Of a stretch of 35,076 nucleotides of DNA, positions 25,710 through 34,510 are shown in pieces; within the stretch, counting starts at the first letter, position 1; every line of letters begins with the position of its first letter. A program made the position numbers and the translations under genes. The stretch comes from Candidatus Enterousia sp. (GTDB lineage Bacteria; Pseudomonadota; Alphaproteobacteria; Rs-D84), in contig JAZQUA010000041.1 of the NCBI GenBank assembly GCA_045631065.1, forward strand, positions 1-35,076, in the 5' to 3' direction. The notes beneath the pieces are model-generated. The model was not told the origin of the DNA and did not search any database. It worked only from the letters and a program-made list of their open reading frames with translations.

Positions 25710-26408
25710 TTGAAGTATCCAGACGAATTTGAAACGCCGACTTTTCCAGCGGGCAAACAGATTGCTGTTACCCGCGCGGTGTCTGTTGCAATAATGTCTG
25801 TATTTTTATTAATTCTGTTCGCCTGTGGTTTGTTGTTATGGGCGCAAAAATCTGTACATGTGCATCCTTTCTTGGTTTCTGTGAATGAGATTACAGGACA
25901 ATGGGAAGTTGTTGGACATCAACATACAGACATCAAAGAAATGTCAACTGTGCGTACATTACAAGAATCTGTTATCGGAAAATTCTTGGAATATCGTTTC
26001 TTTGTTACCGAAGATGAAAATTTTAACGCAAACATCTGGCAAACTTGCGACAGAAAAATTGATTGCAATCCTGCAACCAAGGTTGGGATGGATGGTGAAG
26101 CGTATGTACTGTATTGCCTGTCCAGTGACGACGTTCATGACGATTTTATAAAAAATGTTGTGCCACAATATCAATTAATGGTTCAAAGCGGGGAAATGTG
26201 GAATCTGGATACAAAATCAATACAAATGACCCCAATAAGCGAAATTACCCCCACAGGTGCAATATGGCAAGTCAGAGCAACTGTGAATTCTAGTTTATTT
26301 GGCCCAATAAAAATACTGGCATATGCCAACGTGTCACAAAATTTGGAGTTATATCCAAAGACACTGGGGTACTATGTCGCAGAATTTAACGCGTATAAGA
26401 TAAACTGA
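25710..26408 (+). CDS. Bitopic membrane protein, VirB8-like
   Basis: Single TM followed by HPFLVSVNEITGQWEVV, ESVIGKFLEYRF, WQVRA, GYYVAEF, resembling VirB8/NTF2-fold proteins; family call tentative. Confidence 0.55.
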   Translation: MKYPDEFETPTFPAGKQIAVTRAVSVAIMSVFLLILFACGLLLWAQKSVHVHPFLVSVNEITGQWEVVGHQHTDIKEMSTVRTLQESVIGKFLEYRFFVTEDENFNANIWQTCDRKIDCNPATKVGMDGEAYVLYCLSSDDVHDDFIKNVVPQYQLMVQSGEMWNLDTKSIQMTPISEITPTGAIWQVRATVNSSLFGPIKILAYANVSQNLELYPKTLGYYVAEFNAYKIN

Positions 26409-27055
26409 TGAAAAAACTGATTATGTTTTTGGCGGGATTGGTACTGATGCTGATTATGTTTGCATCACTGTTTTTGGCGGGCGCAATATATGATACAGGG
26501 AAAAAAGCATCTGTTGAAACATACTTTTTCCAACCAGATAACAGCTTTGAAAACAGACCTGGGGTGCCTGCATCACCATCTGATTTAGGAATTGATAAAG
26601 TTTGCAACATGCTGATAAGTCGATATATCACAGAATACTTTTACGTTATTCCAGATGTATCAAATGTAGAAGCACGTATGGCAGGTCATACATCGCTGCG
26701 AACAATGACAGATAACGATGCGTTTGAATACTGGCAACAAAATGTTGCGCCAACAATTCTTGAAATGGCAGAACAACGAAAATTGCGATTGGTAAAATTA
26801 ACTAATGTTGAAAAGGCTGTGGATGAAAAAAACTATTGGATTGTTGAATATGATTTAATAACATGGGATAAACCAAATGATTTGTCTGTTCAGCCAACTG
26901 TTACACCAGGCCAAGTTTATTTGAATATGTTCTGTAATCCAGGTATGCGAACAGAATTGAATGGACAATCAATTGAAGAATTGTTAGAACAAGGCAAAGA
27001 CCCTGCATCGGCATTTAAGTTCGGTGTCTGGACTGTCAGTTCGTACAATGAATAA
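26408..27055 (+). CDS. Bitopic membrane protein, VirB8-like
   Basis: N-terminal TM; LISRYITEYF, LRTMTDNDAFEYW, YWIVEYDL, FKFGV; TGATG overlap with the previous gene; family call tentative. Confidence 0.5.
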   Translation: MKKLIMFLAGLVLMLIMFASLFLAGAIYDTGKKASVETYFFQPDNSFENRPGVPASPSDLGIDKVCNMLISRYITEYFYVIPDVSNVEARMAGHTSLRTMTDNDAFEYWQQNVAPTILEMAEQRKLRLVKLTNVEKAVDEKNYWIVEYDLITWDKPNDLSVQPTVTPGQVYLNMFCNPGMRTELNGQSIEELLEQGKDPASAFKFGVWTVSSYNE

Positions 27056-27848
27056 ATACGGAAAAAAAATGAAACAACAGTTTTGTATCTTTATCAGTTT
27101 AATATTTGCATTTTTAATGCCAAACCTTGTTATGGCCAGTGCATTTGAGATGGATGATTATACAATCGTTGACAGCGAAGATGCAGACCTGACAACCGAT
27201 GAAGTATTTTTAAATTCTGATGCAGATGTATTGGGTGTTTCTTCGTTTGATATCGCAGGTATTATGCTGGGGATGTCGTTTGATGATGTGCAAACACTGT
27301 TCTTTGATAATCGTGGATTGTATGCCCCCAGAAAGAAAAACAGTATTATTTATACTATACACAAAGATTGGAAATACAACTTGGACTATGAATGCAGAAA
27401 TCAGGGAATTGTAATTCCAGCAGAACTGGAAAAGTGCATCAACAGCTTGGCACGAAATCGCGGATTATTGTATGCATCTGAATTGCACCTGGTTCGTGAA
27501 AATACAGGCGAAACAGTTGTTGTATATTTTACCAGTAATGCAACTGATAATCTGGTATGGCGTGTTGTTTATAATAACGATGTCAATGAACAAGAAGGCG
27601 ATGCAGAAAAATTCGCACGCCAACGCGAAAATAAAATTTTAGCGTTTTGGCAGAATGTGCTTGATAAATATGGCGCACCGAATTCGGGGTCTGATAAATG
27701 GATATCCAGTACAAATGCATATGACCCAATGCTGACAGCATACTATGGCGCATTGGATTTGATTGATAATGGACGTAATGCATCAGACCACGCGAAAAAC
27801 ATCCAAGATGCGCGTGAAAACTTTAAGGCAAAGCCATATGCATTCTGA
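27048..27848 (+). CDS. Exported hypothetical protein
   Basis: Signal-peptide-like N-terminus (start 27048 or 27069); FDIAGIMLGMSFDDV...LDKYGAP motif typical of periplasmic proteins. Confidence 0.7.
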   Translation: MNKYGKKMKQQFCIFISLIFAFLMPNLVMASAFEMDDYTIVDSEDADLTTDEVFLNSDADVLGVSSFDIAGIMLGMSFDDVQTLFFDNRGLYAPRKKNSIIYTIHKDWKYNLDYECRNQGIVIPAELEKCINSLARNRGLLYASELHLVRENTGETVVVYFTSNATDNLVWRVVYNNDVNEQEGDAEKFARQRENKILAFWQNVLDKYGAPNSGSDKWISSTNAYDPMLTAYYGALDLIDNGRNASDHAKNIQDARENFKAKPYAF

Positions 27849-28188
27849 TACATCATATACCAAAGGACTGTTTGCAGAATTTATTGCACGTATGTATCTG
27901 CGACTGCATGGGTACAAAATTGTAAAATCTAGATATATTACAGGCCGCAATACTAATCGCGCAGAAATTGATATTATTGCAAGACGTAAAGATACATTGG
28001 CTTTTATCGAAGTAAAAAATCGTAAAAATGTTCAAAATGCCTGGGATGCAATTACAGCACGCCAGGCTGTACGACTGCGCCGCGCAGCAGAAACATATAT
28101 CGCACAAAATAAATGGACAGGTAACGCACGATTTGATGTGATATTTGTATGCGGACATCGCGTTCATTGGATAAGAAACGCGATATAA
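27838..28188 (+). CDS. yraN: YraN family (UPF0102) putative endonuclease
   Basis: GLFAEFIARMYLRLHGYKI, EIDIIA, LAFIEVKNR, RFDVI; start moved to ATG 27838. Confidence 0.9.
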   Translation: MHSDTSYTKGLFAEFIARMYLRLHGYKIVKSRYITGRNTNRAEIDIIARRKDTLAFIEVKNRKNVQNAWDAITARQAVRLRRAAETYIAQNKWTGNARFDVIFVCGHRVHWIRNAI

Positions 28189-28251
28189 ACTTGAAAAAAT
28201 GAAAATCTTCCTGTATACTTATTCGTGTTGACTAACCTAAAAGGAGAAAAC

Positions 28252-28401
28252 ATGAAAAAAATTATGTTAGCATTGTTCGCAGTATTAACACTGTCTGCAT
28301 GTGGTGGTTATTATAAATCAGGTAATTGTGAATACGAATTTTTGTTACACAAAGATATTTCTATTTCAAAAATCGTTGGTAATATGACTGGCGGTTGCTA
28401 A
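28252..28401 (+). CDS. Small lipoprotein, YhfL/DUF4223-like (49 aa)
   Basis: Not in ORF track; RBS AAGGAG; MKKIMLALFAVLTLSA-CGGYYKSGNCEYEFLLHKDISISKIVGNMTGGC; NC-Y--LLH--ISISKI-G--C resembles YhfL. Confidence 0.8.
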   Translation: MKKIMLALFAVLTLSACGGYYKSGNCEYEFLLHKDISISKIVGNMTGGC

Positions 28402-28431
28402 AAAAATTCCCCCGTTTGGGGGATTTTTTTT
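28401..28431 (+). terminator. Rho-independent terminator
   Basis: TCCCCC-GTTT-GGGGGA followed by a T8 tract; same core as the ackA terminator. Confidence 0.85.
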
Positions 28432-28496
28432 GATATATATTGAATTTTATTATCGTTTGCACTAATATCAATATATGAACAAAAAAGGATTCTAAT

Positions 28497-29036
28497 ATGT
28501 GGACAACAATCGCAGTTATCGTAATTATATCTTTGTATTTTATCGCGGTTTATAATGGTCTGATTGCCAGACGTAACCAAGTCCGCGAAGCGTGGGCAAC
28601 AGTGGACACACAGTTAAAGCGCAGATATGATTTAATCCCAAATCTGATTGAAACTGTACGTGGTGCCGCAAAACACGAAAAAGAAACATTGGCAGAATTG
28701 ACACGCGCCCGTACAACTGCGATGAATGAAAATGGAATCGACAGCGCAGATGCACAAAATAAAATATCTAAAACACTAAAAAGCCTGTTCGCTGTGGCAG
28801 AAAATTACCCAGACTTAAAGGCAAATCAAAACTTTTTAGAACTGCAACAAGAACTGGCCGATACAGAAAACAAAATTCAGGCGACACGTCAATTTTATAA
28901 TACTGTTGTTATGGGACTAAATACACAAATTGAACAATTCCCATCTAATTTGGTGGCAAATATGTTCGGGATTACACCAGAAAAAATGTTCGAAATTGAT
29001 GACAGTGAAAAAATAACACCAAAGGTTAGATTCTAA
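28497..29036 (+). CDS. lemA: LemA family protein
   Basis: YNGLIARRNQVREAW, QLKRRYDLIPNL, AVAENYPDLKANQNFLELQ, EQFPSNLVA. Confidence 0.95.
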   Translation: MWTTIAVIVIISLYFIAVYNGLIARRNQVREAWATVDTQLKRRYDLIPNLIETVRGAAKHEKETLAELTRARTTAMNENGIDSADAQNKISKTLKSLFAVAENYPDLKANQNFLELQQELADTENKIQATRQFYNTVVMGLNTQIEQFPSNLVANMFGITPEKMFEIDDSEKITPKVRF

Positions 29037-29040
29037 AAGC

Positions 29041-29871
29041 ATGGTCCAAGATTTTACATTACATACACACACCATTGATTTTGACGGTAAAAATACCGCG
29101 GAACAAATGGTGGATGCAGCCAAAAAATGCGGTATGAAAACCGTTGGCATATCAAATCATTTTATTGTACATCCTGATATTAAAAAGACTAAATTTTATC
29201 CGTTTGCTGTCGCTGGTGGATACAGTCGCATGTACAACGCTGATTTCAAAACAGCAATATTAAACTTCCAAAAGCACTATGAACACTTGGAACACATTGC
29301 CGCAGATTACAACATAAATATACTACGTGGTATGGAACTAGATTTATTTGATGCCAGACGTTGGTATAACGGATATGCACATACAGTCAAAGTATTAAAG
29401 CCTGATTATATTATCGGTTCTGCGCACTTTATCGAATATAATGGAAAATTATGTAATATACATGATATGAAAAATGCATCACCAGATGACCAAGACAAAA
29501 TGTTACAGGCATACTGGAATAAAGTTCAATGGATTGCAAAATCTGGGTTATGCAGCTTTTTGGCACACATCGACTTACCTGCACGATTAAATTTGGGTTT
29601 GGATGAAAAATGGACAGATGCAGAATACAAAACAATCGATGTAATTGCAGAATCTGGGATTCCTGTGGAGATAAATACAGCACTATATAAACGCGCAGAC
29701 CGACCACATCCATCGCCACGCATTATGCAAATGTGCGCAGATAAAAAGATACCTATGTTTTTATCAGATGACTCGCATCATATCGACCATGTGTGTAAAT
29801 ACTTTGAAGAAGCAAAAAAATATGCAGACAGTTTTGGTGTAAAACTTATTGGACTGGACAAAATTCTTTAA
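29041..29871 (+). CDS. PHP-domain phosphoesterase (HisJ/histidinol-phosphatase-like)
   Basis: LHTHT, SNH, GMELD, IGSAH, AHID, EINT, SDDSH. Confidence 0.85.
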   Translation: MVQDFTLHTHTIDFDGKNTAEQMVDAAKKCGMKTVGISNHFIVHPDIKKTKFYPFAVAGGYSRMYNADFKTAILNFQKHYEHLEHIAADYNINILRGMELDLFDARRWYNGYAHTVKVLKPDYIIGSAHFIEYNGKLCNIHDMKNASPDDQDKMLQAYWNKVQWIAKSGLCSFLAHIDLPARLNLGLDEKWTDAEYKTIDVIAESGIPVEINTALYKRADRPHPSPRIMQMCADKKIPMFLSDDSHHIDHVCKYFEEAKKYADSFGVKLIGLDKIL

Positions 29872-30779
29872 TCGTTTGCACGCGGATGCGAATTCGCATA
29901 AATATTCGTGATTTCTGCCATATTGACCTTGGTATATAACTGGGTTGTTGATAACGATGAATGACCCAGTAATTCTTGCAGACTGCGTAAATCAGCGCCA
30001 CCCGCCAGTAATGCTGTTGCAAATGTATGCCGTAATGCATGGGGTGTTACAAAATCTGGTAATTGTAAATAATGTCGCAGATTTTCTACAACCTTTTGCG
30101 CCATACGTGGTGACATTGGCAGGCCACGCACACTGCGAAACAATTCATCTGTGGGACTGTTGCCAAATGGGCGAATAGTAATATATTTTTCAATTGCATC
30201 CCATACAACAGGCAATACAGGTACCAATCTTTCCTTGTTACCCTTACCTGTTATGCGCAGGACATCTGGACGGCCACGAACATCCAGATTACGCAAAGAT
30301 AACGCTTCGGATATACGCAGGCCACAGCCAAACAGCAAAACAACCAACGCCCAATCACGCACAGCCAGCCATGGTTCGTTCATATCAATATCACGAATTG
30401 CGCCACGCATATGTTCAATATCAATTGGTTCAATTGCCTTGGACAATTTGCGCGGAACCTTGGGCGAAGAAATCAGACCAATTGCATCATTTTTTATGTT
30501 ATGATGACGCGCTAAATATTTATAAAAACCACGCAGTGATGACAACGCGCGTGCAGTCGATTTATGTGACAGACCACGCCGTTGACGATTTGCCAAATAA
30601 GATCTAAAACACAATGTATCTGCACGTGACAGGTCACGCGGAAACGGCGGCGCACCAAAAAAAGTTTCATAAAATCGCAAAAAATCACGAATATCTGCAT
30701 CATATGCCGATGCAGTATGTGACGAATAGTTCTTCGTCTGGGTTAAATAGTCGATAAATTCAACAACGACTTCGTTCAA
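29868..30779 (-). CDS. xerC: Tyrosine recombinase XerC
   Basis: ARALSSLRGFYKYL, GCGLRISE, GKGNKERLVP, TPHALRHTFATALL, DLRSLQELLGHSSLSTTQLYT, HPRA. Confidence 0.9.
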   Translation of the reverse strand: MNEVVVEFIDYLTQTKNYSSHTASAYDADIRDFLRFYETFFGAPPFPRDLSRADTLCFRSYLANRQRRGLSHKSTARALSSLRGFYKYLARHHNIKNDAIGLISSPKVPRKLSKAIEPIDIEHMRGAIRDIDMNEPWLAVRDWALVVLLFGCGLRISEALSLRNLDVRGRPDVLRITGKGNKERLVPVLPVVWDAIEKYITIRPFGNSPTDELFRSVRGLPMSPRMAQKVVENLRHYLQLPDFVTPHALRHTFATALLAGGADLRSLQELLGHSSLSTTQLYTKVNMAEITNIYANSHPRAND

Positions 30780-30788
30780 TTATATGTC

Positions 30789-31520
30789 CTATTTTATTTC
30801 AAACACCGCAGATACGACGACAGAAACATCAGTATCACGCGACACAATTGTGCCAGCTGCATTATCTGCAACAGATGATGCCATTACCATCTTTGTGCGC
30901 AACAAACCATTTATCGGCGCCACAGAATCAGGCGCATTTGTTCCATACGATACAGATATCAAGCGCCCTGCCCGCTTATTATCACCAGATGCCAAGGCAT
31001 TGGCACGTGTACGTGCATTTTCAACCGCAACAGACAAACATTTTTCTGTTATTGGTTTTAGAACTTCGGGGCTGGTGTACATACGCAGATTTTCAGAATA
31101 TACATTTGGTTTGTTTGCAAACTGTGATAAAATTTGTTCTATTTCTTCAATACTGTTTGCAGAAACTTCGACAGCAATTGTTGTTTCAATTCCCAGTGTT
31201 ACAGATTTTTGTTCATCACGATTCCATTCTGTTTTTTCATAAGAATTAAACTGAGTCGTCTGTAATTGTACCGGTAACCCCTTTAAATATTCTGTGATTT
31301 CTGCCATTTGTGCGGTGGCAGAACGCATTGATTGTGCCGCACTGTCTGCCAGTGCAGTAACACGCAATGTAATAGCTGTTTTATCACGCGGTGCAGTTGT
31401 CAAACATTCACCGTTCACCGCAATCGTATGCGGAATTTCATTGTTATCGTGTGCGACAATACCCCACCCGACAAACAATATAATTAACAGCCCAATAAAT
31501 GTAATCAGCGAACGTTTCAT
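30789..31520 (-). CDS. SIMPL (DUF541) domain protein
   Basis: Signal/TM, TIAVNGE...APRD, AVENARTRANALA, C-terminal VSAVFEI. Confidence 0.8.
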   Translation of the reverse strand: MKRSLITFIGLLIILFVGWGIVAHDNNEIPHTIAVNGECLTTAPRDKTAITLRVTALADSAAQSMRSATAQMAEITEYLKGLPVQLQTTQFNSYEKTEWNRDEQKSVTLGIETTIAVEVSANSIEEIEQILSQFANKPNVYSENLRMYTSPEVLKPITEKCLSVAVENARTRANALASGDNKRAGRLISVSYGTNAPDSVAPINGLLRTKMVMASSVADNAAGTIVSRDTDVSVVVSAVFEIK

Positions 31521-31541
31521 ATTCTCTCTCCTAAATATTTT

Positions 31542-32543
31542 TTACTGACCCAACATTACATGTTTAACACGCGCCAATGTTTCTGTTGCCACAGGACGCG
31601 CACGTGATGCACCATGTTGCAATATCTGTTCTATTTCATCTGGATTTGCCATCAGACGTTCATATTCCGTACGCGCATCAGACAAAACAGAATTGATTTT
31701 TTCAAACAATATTGTTTTCGCAGTACCATATCCCATTCCACCCGCGCGGAACATTTCTGCAAATTCTGCAATTTCAGATTCAGATGCAAAATGTTTATAC
31801 AACTGATAAATCGTAGATTCATCAGGATTTTTTGCTTCTTCTGGTGTTTTTGAATCTGTGATAATACGCATAATCTTTTTTTTCAGTTCCTTTTCTGGTG
31901 CCATCAATGGAATTGTGTTGTCATAAGATTTGCTCATCTTTCTGCCATCCAGCCCAGGAATCAGACCTGTATCACGACCAATAACAGGTGTTGGCAACTT
32001 AAATATTTCACCGTATGTCTTGTTAAAGTAGCCTGCGATATCACGCGCAAATTCCACGTGCTGTTTTTGGTCTGCACCAACAGGCACAATATCAGAATTA
32101 TACAACAATATATCTGCGGACATCAAAATTGGATATGTGTACAATCCCATATTAATACCTGCATCAACATCATCGCCAGATGCGATATTTTTATCCATCG
32201 CAGCCTTGTACGAATGTGCGCGATTCATTAACCCCTTTGGTGTTACATTCATCAACAATGTGTTCAGTTGATAAATTTCATCAATATCAGACTGACGAAA
32301 CAAAACAGCATTATCCAGATTTAACCCCAAAGCGACCAACATCGCAGTGATTTCATATGTATGCTGTTTAATCAAAGATGCATCGTGAATCAAATTCAAT
32401 GCATGCAAATCTGCAATAAACATAAAAGTCTTTTGCGTTTGTGACTGTTCAATCAATGGTTTTAATGCACCGACATAGTTTCCAACATGTGGGGTTCCAG
32501 TTGGTTTAATACCCGTTAAAACGATTTTTTCTGTATTTGACAT
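31542..32543 (-). CDS. trpS: Tryptophan--tRNA ligase
   Basis: LTGIKPTG, HVGNY, FIADLHA, YPILMSADIL, VPVGADQKQH, KMSKS. Confidence 0.97.
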   Translation of the reverse strand: MSNTEKIVLTGIKPTGTPHVGNYVGALKPLIEQSQTQKTFMFIADLHALNLIHDASLIKQHTYEITAMLVALGLNLDNAVLFRQSDIDEIYQLNTLLMNVTPKGLMNRAHSYKAAMDKNIASGDDVDAGINMGLYTYPILMSADILLYNSDIVPVGADQKQHVEFARDIAGYFNKTYGEIFKLPTPVIGRDTGLIPGLDGRKMSKSYDNTIPLMAPEKELKKKIMRIITDSKTPEEAKNPDESTIYQLYKHFASESEIAEFAEMFRAGGMGYGTAKTILFEKINSVLSDARTEYERLMANPDEIEQILQHGASRARPVATETLARVKHVMLGQ

Positions 32544-32586
32544 AATAATTACCTTTTCTTGTATTTAATTTTAATGTTTTTATGCT

Positions 32587-32717
32587 AAAAATGAAAGCCC
32601 AAAAATTACAGGGCAGCAAAATAATTCAGGCGGCAATGCGCCAACATTTGTTTTCAGAAAAGATAAATGTATTTTTTAACATATGTTCATTATAGGACAC
32701 AAAAATCAAACTTGCAA
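32587..32717 (-). promoter_or_regulatory. Putative trpS promoter and attenuator region
   Basis: TTGCAA(32717-32712)-17-TATAAT(32694-32689); short Trp-containing ORF; weak hairpin GCCC/GGGC followed by TTTCATTTTT. Confidence 0.6.
32626..32682 (-). CDS. Putative leaderless leader peptide (18 aa, MLKNTFIFSENKCWRIAA)
   Basis: ATG lies at the predicted +1; one TGG codon near the end; directly upstream of trpS. Confidence 0.55.
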   Translation of the reverse strand: MLKNTFIFSENKCWRIAA

Positions 32718-32743
32718 TAAAAATCCCCCGGACGGGGGATTTT
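32716..32743 (-). terminator. Rho-independent terminator closing the phage-like operon
   Basis: AAAATCCCCC-(4 nt)-GGGGGATTTTTATT on the minus strand. Confidence 0.85.
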
Positions 32744-32787
32744 GAGTGTAAGTGGTTAGTGGCGGAATAAATACCATTAACCATCAA

Positions 32788-33048
32788 TTATTTTATCACT
32801 GCACCTTTTATCAGGGTCAGGTCTTCTTTGATATCATCAATCTTGATTTGGATTCTGGCAATACCTGTTTCCAATATTGTTGTTCTGTTTTCCAGCGCAG
32901 TTATACGATTATCAACACGTTCCAATTCCAACACAGAAAAGTCTTGCTTGGCTGCCCAATAAATTACCCCTGCGATAAACGCGATAATAAACCAACTGTC
33001 ACGCAAAAATTCAATCAGACCATTTACAGGGTGTGCTTTCGTTTTCAT
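32788..33048 (-). CDS. Small single-TM coiled-coil protein (phage-associated, possibly holin-like)
   Basis: One TM (SWFIIAFIAGVIYWAA) followed by heptads RITALENR...IDDIKEDL; last gene of the terL-portal operon. Confidence 0.65.
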   Translation of the reverse strand: MKTKAHPVNGLIEFLRDSWFIIAFIAGVIYWAAKQDFSVLELERVDNRITALENRTTILETGIARIQIKIDDIKEDLTLIKGAVIK

Positions 33049-33051
33049 GAT

Positions 33052-33249
33052 TTATTCCCCCCGTCCCCGCGATACAAGCGATTCAATCTGGTGCACCAAC
33101 ATACGCTGTGATTCCAATGAACGCAGTTCTGATTCTGTGGCATTTGCCCCCAATACGCGTTCAATCGTTATCTGACGCAAGTGCATCAGCACACGCTGCC
33201 CAGATGCACCAGAAAATGTTTTGGCATATGCCTGTTCTATATCTGTCAT
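33052..33249 (-). CDS. Bbp19-like phage protein
   Basis: YAKTFSGASGQRVLMHL...ESQRMLVHQIESLV, typical of the small gene after podovirus-type portals; start overlaps the portal stop. Confidence 0.75.
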   Translation of the reverse strand: MTDIEQAYAKTFSGASGQRVLMHLRQITIERVLGANATESELRSLESQRMLVHQIESLVSRGRGE

Positions 33250-34481
33250 AATGCACCCCCGATAACACTTTCCATCGCGGTCATTTGTGCGATTGGTGCA
33301 ATATATTTCAATTCTGCATCGCTGTTTAACTTGATTGGTTCAATTAGGCCGCGCGATGACAAAATCTGTAATCCCCTGTCACATAGCGGTCTGATAAATT
33401 CGTGTACCAGACGACCATATGTTGCCCCCAAAACGCGCATCATATCTGCGTTACGCGCCATTATTTCTGTTGCTGTCATTTCTTTTTCACTTAACAGCCC
33501 CAGTCTGTCAGCCAATAATGTATGACGTATGCGTTCACGCAGGTCTTTTAAAATAATTTGTGACACATCAAAGTTTGCCGCACTGGTCAAGGGTGTAAGA
33601 CCTGATGAACCAACTGCCTTTGGTATAATTGCCCCAGGGGTTAAATTAATATTATTCAGATTTATAACACCATCGTCATCGGCCTGCCAAATACCAGAAA
33701 CAGCAATTGTCGCATTTTTTAATACCAGTTCTACGACCTTGTTCGCTGTTTTTATATCTGGTAATGCGCGCATAATTGGACTGCGACCGTACAATTCGCC
33801 ACTGGCCACAGACCAGCGAAATACGATATATGGATTTGTTTCAAATGTGCCGGTCGACACGATATTATTTTCAATATCACCATCAACATCCAGCCATGCC
33901 GTAAATTCTGTCCCAACCAAGCTTTGCACCAGTTTTAATTGCAAATTTGGATCGTTTTTTATCGAATCTCGCAAATTTACAGGTGGTGTCCATGTAGGAT
34001 ATTTTTCCATAACCTCAGTCGCACTCATTGAAGTCGTATGAAATATTGCATTTGGTAAAATTGCAATATCTGACATTGGTATCGCTGTAAAATTAAACGC
34101 AGATGATGCCCCAATTGGATTTTGTCCCATAAATAAACAAGCAGTACCCAATGTGACTAAATCCATATAGCACTGATGTATTGTCGTATAGAAATTAGAA
34201 TCATTTAAATGCGCACGCAAAACAGATGTCGCATAATCTGCATCTGGTGACAAATCGCTTTCACGCACCAGTTGCAACCACATTGATTCTGGTGGTGTCA
34301 GCAATGTGTACATAGATGCTGCTAAATTATCTGCTGCATCTGATGCTGTTGCATCATACAATGTTGCCAAATCATTGTCTGATGTTGGCATTGTATATCT
34401 GCGCGCATCATCCCAACGATTAACCCATGGTTCACGCAAACCAATTGCGCGTTTGTAAAGTTGCAATAAGTTATTTTGCAT
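33246..34481 (-). CDS. Phage portal protein (T7/BPP-1-type head-tail connector)
   Basis: YDATASDAADNLAAS, SNFYTTIHQCYMDLVTLGTACL, FRWSVASGELYGRSP..ALPDIKTAN, MTATEI. Confidence 0.88.
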   Translation of the reverse strand: MQNNLLQLYKRAIGLREPWVNRWDDARRYTMPTSDNDLATLYDATASDAADNLAASMYTLLTPPESMWLQLVRESDLSPDADYATSVLRAHLNDSNFYTTIHQCYMDLVTLGTACLFMGQNPIGASSAFNFTAIPMSDIAILPNAIFHTTSMSATEVMEKYPTWTPPVNLRDSIKNDPNLQLKLVQSLVGTEFTAWLDVDGDIENNIVSTGTFETNPYIVFRWSVASGELYGRSPIMRALPDIKTANKVVELVLKNATIAVSGIWQADDDGVINLNNINLTPGAIIPKAVGSSGLTPLTSAANFDVSQIILKDLRERIRHTLLADRLGLLSEKEMTATEIMARNADMMRVLGATYGRLVHEFIRPLCDRGLQILSSRGLIEPIKLNSDAELKYIAPIAQMTAMESVIGGAL

Positions 34482-34510
34482 TTTTATTCCTTTTTTTGTT
34501 TATTAGATTT

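Noticed and set aside
29868-30779. Tyrosine recombinase as the integrase of the nearby phage-like module
   Set aside because: It has canonical XerC motifs and length, no arm-binding domain, lies in the trpS-SIMPL-xerC run, and is separated from the phage genes by trpS and a terminator.
15751-32743. Repeated TCCCCC-N4-GGGGGA hairpins as a mobile repeat
   Set aside because: Each follows a stop codon and has a T-tract; they are the genome's preferred intrinsic terminator.
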